Shown here: piece by piece, positions 22,342-31,629 of the stretch | Layout of the letters: each line of letters starts with the position of its first letter | Numbering within the stretch: the stretch's first letter is position 1 | Source: Actinomycetota bacterium | Lineage (GTDB): Bacteria > Actinomycetota > Actinomycetes > Actinomycetales > Microbacteriaceae | NCBI GenBank assembly: GCA_041176265.1 | Contig: JBEDDI010000006.1 | Span: 1,026 to 65,025 of the forward strand | Reading direction: 5' to 3' | DNA: 64,000 nucleotides | Program-made: the position numbers and the translations under genes | The notes under the pieces: generated by a model | Told to the model about the DNA's origin: nothing | Seen by the model: only the letters and a program-made list of their open reading frames with translations | Database searches by the model: none

Positions 22342-23577
22342 ATGTCTGAATTGCAATTCGTGCGCATTGAGGGTGACTCGATGGTTCTGAGATCCCCCGA
22401 GGGCGAAGAGTTCGTCGTGCCTGTCGACGATGTTCTTCGCAGCGAAGTTCGACGAGGCGGACAACACAGCCCAACGGCGCAGGCCATCTCTCCGCGCGAA
22501 ATCCAGGAGGCAATTCGTGCCGGCGAGACCATCGAATCGCTGATCGAAAAGCATGGCGCGGAAGCGGCTTACATCGAGAAATTCGCTCGCCCAGTCTTGG
22601 ACGAGCTGCAGCATGTGATCAACGCAGCGGGTGCTGTGCGCATTCAGTTAGCCGGCGACCGCTTTAGCGATGTCACGCAAATCGACTTTGGCGACCTGAT
22701 TGCTCGACGCCTCGATGCAGCAGGAGCCAACGATGTGCACTGGAACAGCTCTCGTGTCGACCTTACGACTTGGTTGGTGACTGTCCGGTTTAATCTGCCT
22801 CATGGCCCGGGGCATGCCAGTTGGACCTTCGACCCACGCAAGTTGACCCTCACCCCAGAGAACGAAACGGCTCTGTCGCTTTCGAGCGCGGAACCCCTGG
22901 GCGCTGGCCCTATCCCTCGACTGCGTCCGGTAACGGCCGATGGTGTCGCCAAGCACCCGTCGAATACGACGGCAAAGATTCCAGTTCCCGAGACCACTCC
23001 GACCGCTCCAGTTCGGGCCACTGAACAACAGCCCAGACCGGACACCAGCAACCAGCCAACCGTGCGTTTGACCCCTGACCAGTTGCCGAAGCCGGTTGAA
23101 GAGCGCTCAGATAACGTCGCTGCCCTTCCCGTGAGATCGACGATTAAGGAAGCAATCGCTAAGGCCGCGGAGCCAAGCGCCGAGACCCCTGATACAGAAG
23201 TACTCGAGCTCGCTTCAGCCGAAGCCGGCGAGGTTGCACCGAATCCGATTGAACTCCTGGATGCGCTGCGGCAAAAGCGCCAGGAGCGCGAATCTGCAGC
23301 CACAGACGAACTGCCGCACAAGGTCACGGGCGCTGACCGTCCATTAATTCCGGTTAGTGAGCCCGAGCCGGTAACCTCGGCAATCCGTATCGTCAATGAC
23401 GAGCCACTGATTGAAGCGGAATCTTCACAGTTGCCGGCGGTTGAGCCGGAGGACGAACCTGGTGACGACTCCGAACAAGCACCCGGCGCTGCCTCGAAGG
23501 TTGAGGGAAAGCGCGGACGTGCGAGCATTCCGAGCTGGGATGAGATCGTCTTCGGCACTAAGACCGACGAAAACTAG
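22342..23577 (+). CDS. sepH: Septation protein SepH (DUF3071) with long disordered P/E/A-rich C-terminal half
   Basis: 411 aa. N-terminal MSELQFVRIEGDSMVLRSPEGEEFVVPVDD and SPREIQEAIRAG. C-terminal KRGRASIPSWDEIVFG. Confidence 0.8.
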   Translation: MSELQFVRIEGDSMVLRSPEGEEFVVPVDDVLRSEVRRGGQHSPTAQAISPREIQEAIRAGETIESLIEKHGAEAAYIEKFARPVLDELQHVINAAGAVRIQLAGDRFSDVTQIDFGDLIARRLDAAGANDVHWNSSRVDLTTWLVTVRFNLPHGPGHASWTFDPRKLTLTPENETALSLSSAEPLGAGPIPRLRPVTADGVAKHPSNTTAKIPVPETTPTAPVRATEQQPRPDTSNQPTVRLTPDQLPKPVEERSDNVAALPVRSTIKEAIAKAAEPSAETPDTEVLELASAEAGEVAPNPIELLDALRQKRQERESAATDELPHKVTGADRPLIPVSEPEPVTSAIRIVNDEPLIEAESSQLPAVEPEDEPGDDSEQAPGAASKVEGKRGRASIPSWDEIVFGTKTDEN

Positions 23578-24698
23578 CGCCAAGCACCAAGCCGGAGCAT
23601 GGGGATCTGCAGCTCTGCTGCGCTCCAGGAACCGTGGTGCCCCACCATCGAATAACTCTTACGACTCGAGAACTTGCGGTGGTAGATGGCCACGTCCTTG
23701 TTGGCTAACAGAATCAGATCTGGGGCAAGTCGGTGCGCACTATTTGCGTAAGGCTTCATCCAACCTGCCTCGATGAGTTCTTGCGGGGTGGTCACCGTTA
23801 CAGCTGGCCCGCAGTACTCCCGAAGTAAAGCCTTAGCCGGCTCAATCGGTGAATGTTTTTCCAGGTAGAGGTAACCACAGCGCGTATCGCCACCGTAGTA
23901 GCGGATTCCTGCCACGCCGGAGCCCTCGATGTCGATGTGCGACGTCGGCGGAACATCTACGATGCCGTGATCGGCCGTTAGAAATGCACCAGCGCTCTTG
24001 GGCATGTTGCTCTCGAAGTCGCGCACGAGACCATCTAACTCCTCGAGCAATCCCAGCCACCGGTGCGAGCCAACCCCGTTAGCGTGGGCTGTTTGATCGA
24101 GCTCGGGCACGTACAGATAGATGACCGATGGCCCCTCAGCCAAGAGCTTCAAGGCGGACTCAAATCGCTCAGCAAGTCGTTCGCTGGGTACGTACTTTGC
24201 CGAGGGCATGATGATGTTCGTAAACCCTGAACGCGCATAGGCAGCAGGGCCGACGAAGTGCATGGTATGGCCCAGAGCAGCAACCGATTCTGAGATGGTA
24301 ACCCCCTTGCGCCAGCCGTTCGAGTCTTCAAAATCAACCCACCCGCTTAGCAGGTTCTGATCGCGACCGGTATCGCGATCGAGCACACGGTAACCGATGA
24401 TGCCGTGCTCATGGGGTTGCAGGCCCGTCGCCAGCGATGTGAGAGCTGCGGCAGTCGTCGTTGGCAAGACTGTGTTGCCTGCCTTAGTGCCTTCGGCAAT
24501 CGCATTCAAGAATCGTGCGTGTCCCCCGGCACCGCGCAGGTTCAACCAGCCGAGGCCGTCCACCATAATCACGACGGCAGAAGAGACCTTGCTCAGTTGC
24601 AGCGAATTCCTTTCGCCAGCAACAGCCAAAGCGGCGGAGGTCAGCACATCGCTGAGCCTCCCCAGAGTTTTGGGAACGGAAGGTAGCATCGTAGGCAT
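23574..24698 (-). CDS. Alkaline-phosphatase-superfamily protein (nucleotide pyrophosphatase/phosphodiesterase-like)
   Basis: MVDGLGW metal site, [13 protein letters not shown] nucleophile region and TADHGIVD. Start set at ATG (rc of 24696-24698, MPTMLPSV...). The 98-codon upstream extension in the ORF track runs antisense into parC. Confidence 0.75.
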   Translation of the reverse strand: MPTMLPSVPKTLGRLSDVLTSAALAVAGERNSLQLSKVSSAVVIMVDGLGWLNLRGAGGHARFLNAIAEGTKAGNTVLPTTTAAALTSLATGLQPHEHGIIGYRVLDRDTGRDQNLLSGWVDFEDSNGWRKGVTISESVAALGHTMHFVGPAAYARSGFTNIIMPSAKYVPSERLAERFESALKLLAEGPSVIYLYVPELDQTAHANGVGSHRWLGLLEELDGLVRDFESNMPKSAGAFLTADHGIVDVPPTSHIDIEGSGVAGIRYYGGDTRCGYLYLEKHSPIEPAKALLREYCGPAVTVTTPQELIEAGWMKPYANSAHRLAPDLILLANKDVAIYHRKFSSRKSYSMVGHHGSWSAAELQIPMLRLGAWR

Positions 24699-24743
24699 CG
24701 AGACCAGTCTGCCACGCAGATTCGAACCAACCCTCAAAGGACA

Positions 24744-27179
24744 ATGAGCAGCGCGCAAAATCACGAAGAACGCATTGTCGACATCGACCTTTCGGTCGAG
24801 ATGCAAGAGTCGTTCCTCGAGTACTCGTACTCGGTGATCTATGCACGCGCACTGCCGGATGCACGCGATGGCTTGAAGCCCGTGCACCGCCGAATCGTCT
24901 ACCAAATGGGCGAGATGGGCTTGCGCCCCGACAAGGGCCACGTGAAGTCCGCTCGTGTTACGGGCGAGGTTATGGGCAAGCTTCATCCGCACGGCGACGG
25001 TGCGATCTATGACGCCCTAGTTCGCATGGCACAACCGTTCAGCTTGCGCATGCCATTGATCGATGGGCACGGAAACTTCGGTTCGCTAGATGATGGTCCA
25101 GCCGCAGCGCGTTACACCGAGGCTCGCCTGAGTCAGGCATCGATGCTGATGAACGACGCTCTCGACGAGGACGTCGTCGACTTCAAGCCAAACTACGATG
25201 CCCAACTTTCTGAGCCAGAGGTCCTTCCCGCTGCCTTTCCAAACCTGTTGGTCAACGGAGCTAGCGGAATCGCGGTCGGCATGGCAACAAACATGCCGCC
25301 TCATAACCTGCGCGAGGTAGTCGCCGCGGCTCGCTACCTGCTCGGGCACCCACAGGCAACACTGGAAGACCTGATGGCATACGTTCCAGGGCCCGACCTC
25401 CCTACGGGCGGCATCATCGTTGGGCTGGAGGGCGTGAAAGAGGCTTATGCCACTGGCCGAGGCGTTTTCAAGACCCGCGCCAGAGTCGCGATCGAGAGCG
25501 TCAGCCCACGAAAGCTCGGCATCGTGGTCTCCGAACTCCCATATCTCGTCGGCCCTGAGAAGTTGATCGAAAAAATCAAGGATGGCGTCAACTCCAAGAA
25601 GCTGCAGGGCATCTCGGACGTCACCGACCTCACCGATCGCACGAACGGCCTAAAGCTAGTCATCGAGTTAAAGACCGGCTTTGACCCGCAGGTGGTGCTT
25701 GATCTGCTCTACAGATTCACTCCGCTCGAGGATTCCTTCGGCATCAACAACGTCGCGTTGGTAAATGGCCGACCGGCCACGCTCGGTTTGCGGGACCTGC
25801 TTGGCGTCTATCTGGCGCACCGCATCCTTGTGACCAAGCGACGCAGCGAGAACCGCCTTGGTAAGCGCAAGGCGCGTCTGCACCTAGTAGAGGGACTACT
25901 CGTCGCCATCGTGGATATCGATCGCGTGATCAAACTGATTCGCGAGAGCGATGAGGTCGACGAAGCCCGCACCAAGCTTCAGCAGGCATTCGGGCTCTCT
26001 GAGATCCAGGCAGAGTACATTTTGGAACTTCGACTTCGTCGCCTGACCAAATTCAGTACTCTCGAGCTTGAGGCCGAGCAAGCCCAACTTCTTGCCGAGA
26101 TCGCCGAACTCGAGAGAATTCTCGGCTCGGAAGGCGCACTCCGCGACGTCGTCTCTGCTGAGTTGGCCGAGATCGCCGACAAGTATGGTGACGACCGCCG
26201 CACGAGCCTCATGGGCGATAGCGAAGAAGTCAAGCCGCTATCTGCAGCCAAGGCAGCAAACGTAGACGCCGAGCTGGCCGACGGTCCGTGCGAGATCTGC
26301 CTGACGGCATCGGGACGCATCGCCCGTTTGCCAGAGGCCTCCCCGCGTGGTTCAGCCAAACGTGCCCGTCACGACGCAATCCTTACCCATTTCGCCACCA
26401 CGACGCGTTCGGACCTCCTATTCGTTACCTCGAAGGGTCGCGCACTGCGCATCCACGTGGCCGACGTTCCGCCGGCCGACTCGGCGATGTTGCCAGAGAC
26501 ATTCGTGGTCGGAGACTCGTTCCTAGGACTGGCAAAGGGTGAGCGCCTGCTGACCGTTATCGAGGCTCGCGAAGACCTACAGCTTGCCCTCGGCACTAGC
26601 CAAGGCGTAGTCAAGCGCGTACTGGCCGACTACCCAACAAAGGATGAGTTCGAACTCATCACTTTGAAAGATGAAGACGAGGTTGTGGGTGCGGCGGTTG
26701 CCAATGACTCTTCAGAACTGATTTTTGTGACCTCGGACGCGCAACTCCTTCACTTCGGTGCAACCCAAGTGCGCCCGCAGGGTCGCCCAGCCGGAGGAAT
26801 GGCAGGCATCAACCTCGCCGAGGGCAGTCGAGTCATTTTCTTTGGCGCTGTTGCAGATGCCGACGAAGCGGTTGTTTTGACTGCAGCGAACTCGTCCGCT
26901 TCGCTCATGGGAACTGACCCTGGTAGTGCGAAGTTGAGTCTGCTTTCCGAGTTCCCAGGCAAGGGTCGAGCAACCGGTGGCGTGCGAGCTCAACGCTTCA
27001 TTCGCGGCGAAGACCAGCTGTACTTAGCTTGGGCTGGCCAAAGCGAACCGATTGCCGTAACCACAGACGGCAAGCCAGTGGAGATTCCGACGGAACCGAT
27101 GAAACGCGATGCGAGTGGTTCGCCAATCTCGACTCCGATCGGTGCGGTTGGCGTGCGCAACGACGCCGCGGCGGAATAG
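24744..27179 (+). CDS. parC: DNA topoisomerase IV subunit A (GyrA/ParC family)
   Basis: 811 aa. [16 protein letters not shown], catalytic-Tyr context AARYTEARL and a C-terminal beta-pinwheel region. Confidence 0.92.
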   Translation: MSSAQNHEERIVDIDLSVEMQESFLEYSYSVIYARALPDARDGLKPVHRRIVYQMGEMGLRPDKGHVKSARVTGEVMGKLHPHGDGAIYDALVRMAQPFSLRMPLIDGHGNFGSLDDGPAAARYTEARLSQASMLMNDALDEDVVDFKPNYDAQLSEPEVLPAAFPNLLVNGASGIAVGMATNMPPHNLREVVAAARYLLGHPQATLEDLMAYVPGPDLPTGGIIVGLEGVKEAYATGRGVFKTRARVAIESVSPRKLGIVVSELPYLVGPEKLIEKIKDGVNSKKLQGISDVTDLTDRTNGLKLVIELKTGFDPQVVLDLLYRFTPLEDSFGINNVALVNGRPATLGLRDLLGVYLAHRILVTKRRSENRLGKRKARLHLVEGLLVAIVDIDRVIKLIRESDEVDEARTKLQQAFGLSEIQAEYILELRLRRLTKFSTLELEAEQAQLLAEIAELERILGSEGALRDVVSAELAEIADKYGDDRRTSLMGDSEEVKPLSAAKAANVDAELADGPCEICLTASGRIARLPEASPRGSAKRARHDAILTHFATTTRSDLLFVTSKGRALRIHVADVPPADSAMLPETFVVGDSFLGLAKGERLLTVIEAREDLQLALGTSQGVVKRVLADYPTKDEFELITLKDEDEVVGAAVANDSSELIFVTSDAQLLHFGATQVRPQGRPAGGMAGINLAEGSRVIFFGAVADADEAVVLTAANSSASLMGTDPGSAKLSLLSEFPGKGRATGGVRAQRFIRGEDQLYLAWAGQSEPIAVTTDGKPVEIPTEPMKRDASGSPISTPIGAVGVRNDAAAE

Positions 27180-27217
27180 CCCGCTCTATAGAAACTTAAT
27201 CGACGGCTCGAACGAGA

Positions 27218-29305
27218 CTAGGCGTCGATGCGATCGCGTTCGAATGAGTCCGCTGAATCGATGATGAAATCTCGTCGTGGAGCGACTTCGTTGCCCATCA
27301 ACAGCTCAAAGACTGCCTCGGCAGCTGCAGCATCTTCGACACGCACGCGACGAAGCGTGCGCATGTCGCGCTGCATCGTTGTCTCAGCCAACTGGTCGGC
27401 ATCCATCTCGCCAAGACCCTTATAGCGCTGGATAGGTTCTTTGTATCGCTTGCCCGTTGCTGCCAGTTTTGCCAACACGTTCTCAAGTTCGGCTTGCGAA
27501 TAGGTGTAAATCACGTCGTTCTTTTTAGTGCCAGGATTCAAGACTTCTACTCGGTGAAGTGGCGGCACGGCTGCAAACACGCGCCCAGCTTCGACCATGG
27601 GGCGCATGTAACGGAAGAAGAGTGTGAGCAAGAGTGTGCGGATGTGTGCGCCGTCGACGTCGGCGTCGCTCATCAAGATGACCTTGCCGTAACGCGCTGA
27701 ATCAAGGTCGAAACTGCGGCCGCTGCCAGCGCCGATCACCTGGATGATCGATGCGCACTCGGTGTTGGAGAGCATGTCACTGACCGACGCCTTTTGCACA
27801 TTCAGGATCTTGCCGCGAATAGGCAACAGTGCTTGGAACTCCGAGTCGCGAGCAAGCTTGGCGGTACCGAGTGCAGAGTCACCCTCAACGATGAAGATCT
27901 CAGAGCCCTCAGTCTCTTGGGTTCTGCAGTCGACCAGCTTGGTCGGCAGCGAGGAACTTTCGAGCGCGTTCTTTCTGCGCTGAGTTTCCTTATGTGTGCG
28001 AGCCGAGATTCGCGACTTCATCTCGGCTACGACCTTTTCTAGCAGTAACGAAGCCTGAGTCTTGTCGTCACGCTTCGTGGAGTTGAAGCGTTCGTTGAGG
28101 CTCTTGGTGATCACGTTTGCCACTATGTTGCGAACCGCGGGTGTACCGAGAACCTCCTTGGTCTGACCCTCGAACTGGGGCTCGGCAAGTCGGACTGTGA
28201 TAACCGCCGTGAGGCCCGCCAGTGCGTCCTCTTTCTCAAGTTTGTCGTTGCCAGCCTTGAGCTTGCGAGCGTTTGCTTCGACCTGCCCGCGGAGCACCTT
28301 GAGTACGGCGCTCTCAAAGCCAGCCAAGTGAGTGCCACCCTTAGGCGTCGCGATGATGTTTACAAACGATTTGACGGTGGTGTCGTAACCGGTGCCCCAA
28401 CGGACGGCTACGTCGACTTGGCACTGGCGTTCGACCTCGCGCGAAACCATGTTGCCCGACTCGTCAAGCACCGGAACCGTCTCGGTGAACGAACCCTCGC
28501 CCGAGAGACGCCAGGTGTCTGTCAAGCGGTTGTCGGAGGCCAAGAAGTCGGCGAATTCGTTTATGCCACCATCGAATTTGAAGCTGTGTCTGCTGCGTTC
28601 TACGCCGGTGCGCTCATCGTCGATCTCGAGACCGAGACCCGGCACCAAGAATGCCGTTTGGCGAGCTCGGGCAAGAAGGTCATCGATGCTGAAGGCTGCG
28701 TCCTTGATGAAGATTTGCGGGTCTACCCAGTAACGGACTCGTGAACCTGTGACGCCCTTAGCAACCTTGCCAACGATTTGAAGTTCGGACGACGACTCAA
28801 ATGGCTTGAAGGGATTGCTCGGCCCGATTCCCTTGGAGTCGTCGAAGATTCCCGGCTCTCCACGCCGGAAGGACATGCGGTGGGTCTTGCCATCGCGATC
28901 GACCTCGACATCTAGTCGCTCCGAAAGTGCATTCACAACGGATGCGCCAACGCCGTGTAGACCACCAGAGGCGGCGTATGAACCCGAACCAAATTTGCCA
29001 CCCGCGTGCAACTTGGTGAACACAACCTCAACACCGCTAAGACCGGTCTTCGGCTCAATGTCAACGGGAATACCTCGGGCATGGTCGCGCACCTCGACCG
29101 ACGAGTCGCTGTGCAAAACAACTTCGATTTTGTTGCCGTGCCCTGCAAGGGCTTCGTCTACGGAGTTGTCGATGATCTCCCAGAGGCAGTGCATCAAGCC
29201 GCGCGAGTCGGTGCTGCCGATATACATGCCGGGGCGCTTGCGAACGGCTTCGAGGCCCTCTAAGACACTTAGGTGGCGGGCGGAGTATTCGCTGGAGTTT
29301 GGCAC
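27218..29305 (-). CDS. parE: DNA topoisomerase IV subunit B (GyrB/ParE family)
   Basis: LEGLEAVRKRPGMYIGST, GGLHGVGASVVNALS, Toprim IVEGDSALGTAK and DADVDGAHI. Start uncertain. GTG (rc of 29303-29305, VPNSSEYSARHL) is preferred because the full ORF to 29491 would overlap the divergent gene at 29470. Confidence 0.9.
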   Translation of the reverse strand: MPNSSEYSARHLSVLEGLEAVRKRPGMYIGSTDSRGLMHCLWEIIDNSVDEALAGHGNKIEVVLHSDSSVEVRDHARGIPVDIEPKTGLSGVEVVFTKLHAGGKFGSGSYAASGGLHGVGASVVNALSERLDVEVDRDGKTHRMSFRRGEPGIFDDSKGIGPSNPFKPFESSSELQIVGKVAKGVTGSRVRYWVDPQIFIKDAAFSIDDLLARARQTAFLVPGLGLEIDDERTGVERSRHSFKFDGGINEFADFLASDNRLTDTWRLSGEGSFTETVPVLDESGNMVSREVERQCQVDVAVRWGTGYDTTVKSFVNIIATPKGGTHLAGFESAVLKVLRGQVEANARKLKAGNDKLEKEDALAGLTAVITVRLAEPQFEGQTKEVLGTPAVRNIVANVITKSLNERFNSTKRDDKTQASLLLEKVVAEMKSRISARTHKETQRRKNALESSSLPTKLVDCRTQETEGSEIFIVEGDSALGTAKLARDSEFQALLPIRGKILNVQKASVSDMLSNTECASIIQVIGAGSGRSFDLDSARYGKVILMSDADVDGAHIRTLLLTLFFRYMRPMVEAGRVFAAVPPLHRVEVLNPGTKKNDVIYTYSQAELENVLAKLAATGKRYKEPIQRYKGLGEMDADQLAETTMQRDMRTLRRVRVEDAAAAEAVFELLMGNEVAPRRDFIIDSADSFERDRIDA

Positions 29306-29469
29306 CTTGAAATCGTATGCGGTCGGGCAGACGTTGGGCCGCACAGACACGGGGACGGAGGCTGGCCATAGCAAGCTATTACTTCTTCGCGCTAAGCGAA
29401 ACGCGAGGCATGTGAGCCGAAATTGTAGGTGCCCCATGTTCAAATAGAGACGCACGAAAGGACCCCACC

Positions 29470-29709
29470 GTGGATCAGACCCCAGAATCAACCGGCGCGC
29501 AGGCCATTTTGGCCACCGAACGCGTCGAAACGCTTGCGCTGACGACAGCCGACCGCTGCGACAGCTGCGGTGCTCAAGCGTACGTGCGAGTTGTTCTCGA
29601 AGCTGGCGAGTTGCTTTTCTGTGCTCACCACGCCAACGAAGTCAAAGAAAAGCTCGAGGCGATTGCTGTCTCTTGGCAGGACGAATCCGAGCGTCTACTC
29701 GCACGCTAG
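29470..29709 (+). CDS. Small conserved actinobacterial protein (DUF7455-like, Cys/His motif)
   Basis: 79 aa. TTADRCDSCGAQAYVRV...LLFCAHHANE, the pattern seen in the small gene commonly divergent from parE. GAAAGGA lies upstream of the GTG start. Confidence 0.65.
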   Translation: MDQTPESTGAQAILATERVETLALTTADRCDSCGAQAYVRVVLEAGELLFCAHHANEVKEKLEAIAVSWQDESERLLAR

Positions 29710-30350
29710 TGGTTCGAGCCGTCTTCTAGCTGCCAGATCTTCTCTTCGTGCTGCTTGACGTATTGGAGATGCGCAACACCAGCACCATCAGCCGGTAGAT
29801 CCTCTACTCCAGCTATGCCCTTGATAAACCAGTCGGCAAGTGCCGCATTCTTGCTCAATACTGGGCCATGCAGTTGCGTGCCCACGAAGTTGTTGACACG
29901 TTCAACCAGCGGAGTGTCAAAAACACTGTTTTGGTAACCGAGCAGGCGCGCACCATCGCCCAACCAGGCGACCTCCGAGACTACGAACTCGCTAACCCGC
30001 TCCCCTTCGGTCAAGGTCTGCGCAAAGATTTTGGTCGGCGCTTTGTGCAGTAGCTCTTGCCCGGAATTTACCGCGAGCCCGAATACACCTGCCGCCACCC
30101 ACGCCTGGAGAACGGGAAAAACGCGCTTGAAGTCGTCGTCGATGGATTTCCAAGCCGCGACAGAGCCATGCCCGAGCAGTACGAAGTCTGGTTGCTGCCC
30201 AGGTAGCGCTTCGCCTGGATAGTAGAAATCGATGGCGGCGTCGATGCCGTACCAGTTCATGCGCCGAGCGAGTACGCCAGCATTTGCCACGTCGCCGTTG
30301 AGGTTGAGGTGCTCCGGGTATAAAACGAGGATGTTGTGCATTGCGGTCAT
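29706..30350 (-). CDS. GatD-like (CobB/CobQ-type GATase) partner of MurT, lacking any cysteine
   Basis: 214 aa. LNLNGDVANAGVLARR and TQLHGPVLSKN align with GatD (LNLYSDIGNI..., YLHGPILPKN). The nucleophile block LTICGGYQ is replaced by LAVNSGQE, and the protein contains no Cys. ATGA overlap with murT. Confidence 0.75.
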   Translation of the reverse strand: MTAMHNILVLYPEHLNLNGDVANAGVLARRMNWYGIDAAIDFYYPGEALPGQQPDFVLLGHGSVAAWKSIDDDFKRVFPVLQAWVAAGVFGLAVNSGQELLHKAPTKIFAQTLTEGERVSEFVVSEVAWLGDGARLLGYQNSVFDTPLVERVNNFVGTQLHGPVLSKNAALADWFIKGIAGVEDLPADGAGVAHLQYVKQHEEKIWQLEDGSNH

Positions 30351-31621
30351 CTCTGCACGTCCTCGGGATCGGTCAAGCCCAGCATGCGCCTGATCCGCCT
30401 CATGGCATCGGCTGAAAACAAAACGGTCTTCACGCCGTGACTTGGTGCCGGTAGATCAAAAAAGGCGTCAACCGCAGCTTCGAGATCGTCGGTGACGATG
30501 CCCATGGGGATCTCGTCGTAGGCCATTCGCATAGCCATTTCGTGGGCGTTGTAACCGGTCACCACGTCTGCGTGGGTTAGTTTCGCCAAATCGACGGTCC
30601 ACAACCAACTCGGGTCGTGTACGTCACGGCCTATAGCCACCATGATTCGCTCTGGTGTGGTCGTGAGGTAATCGAGGTTCAACTGAAAACTCATCGGATT
30701 TTGAACCAGTATGAACTCGATGTCTTGGCCGCGAACGTTCGCAATCTCGCCTCGAGCGAAGACGGGCGGGAGTGCGTTCAAGGTATCAACGGCGACCGCC
30801 AGATCAAAGGAGTTCCCTAACAGACGGCGTGATGTTTCCAAGGCAGCTACGGCATCGAGGGCAAAGTGCAAACCGCGGTTCGGCAGTTTGACCTCAAAGC
30901 CCCGCGACGAGAGCAGGCCAGCCGCCGTGAGTCCATCGAGCTTATGGATTTCTGCCGCCACAGCAGGGCGTGTAATTTCGTCGCTGAAAGTAGGCGCGTA
31001 GCCAAGCCCATGCTCTTGCCTGGCCATAAGTTCGGCGTCGATTCCGAACCAACTTGCCTTTTCCGCCTGGGTATCCGTAAGCCCTACCGTCAGCATCAGC
31101 ACGTTCTGGTCGTCGCCGTTGAGAACCAGCCCGTCACTTGCCGCAGCCGCGCAGGTTGCGAGCTTCTCGCGAACGACTGCAGGGTCGACAAAACGATCGA
31201 GTTGGTCCTCGAGCACATTCAAGATTGTCACGAATCGAGGCTGCACGATCTCGACTATTTCGGCTGCGTGGCCCTCGTCCATTTCAAAAATAGCAACGTC
31301 GCCCGAGATGCGACCAAAGATGTCCGATTTCTCGATGATCGTAGAGTAATACCCCTGCAGGATGTTAGCCGTGCTTGGGTTGGTGAAGACCGACAAACCG
31401 TGCGCGCGCGCAATGGAAACGACCATTTTCGTCGTGGTTGACTTACCGGCGGAGCCGGTGATCACGACTAGACCTTCTGGGAATCCAACCAGCGTTTTGC
31501 GCAGAATCCCGGGAGCGAGCTTCGAAAGAATCAAACCTGGCAGCGCCGAACCACCACCCTTCCGAACCAAGCGGATGCCGAATCTTGCGATTCGCCCGAT
31601 CAGGATGGCCAGCAGGTACAT
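30347..31621 (-). CDS. murT: MurT-like Mur-ligase-family protein (lipid II isoglutaminyl synthase ligase-subunit homologue)
   Basis: 424 aa. N-terminal GSALPG, P-loop ITGSAGKSTTTKM, NVLEDQLDRF, and DUF1727-like C-terminus GRDVHDPSWLWTVD. Only one Cys in the whole protein, so there is no Cys4 zinc ribbon. Confidence 0.8.
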   Translation of the reverse strand: MYLLAILIGRIARFGIRLVRKGGGSALPGLILSKLAPGILRKTLVGFPEGLVVITGSAGKSTTTKMVVSIARAHGLSVFTNPSTANILQGYYSTIIEKSDIFGRISGDVAIFEMDEGHAAEIVEIVQPRFVTILNVLEDQLDRFVDPAVVREKLATCAAAASDGLVLNGDDQNVLMLTVGLTDTQAEKASWFGIDAELMARQEHGLGYAPTFSDEITRPAVAAEIHKLDGLTAAGLLSSRGFEVKLPNRGLHFALDAVAALETSRRLLGNSFDLAVAVDTLNALPPVFARGEIANVRGQDIEFILVQNPMSFQLNLDYLTTTPERIMVAIGRDVHDPSWLWTVDLAKLTHADVVTGYNAHEMAMRMAYDEIPMGIVTDDLEAAVDAFFDLPAPSHGVKTVLFSADAMRRIRRMLGLTDPEDVQR

Positions 31622-31629
31622 TGCTCGGT

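Noticed and set aside
22800-23558. 252-aa minus-strand ORF opposite the sepH C-terminal half
   Set aside because: It is a Ser/Gly/Ala-rich mirror of the disordered P/E/A-rich SepH tail. No start context or motifs.
24699-24992. N-terminal extensions offered by the ORF track: phosphatase to 24992, parE to 29491, pdxT to 850, glnA from 44683, DUF3000 from 13083, DUF4193 to 22204
   Set aside because: Each extension overlaps a neighbouring well-supported gene or adds residues absent from the family N-terminus. Internal ATG/GTG codons with better context restore the canonical N-termini.
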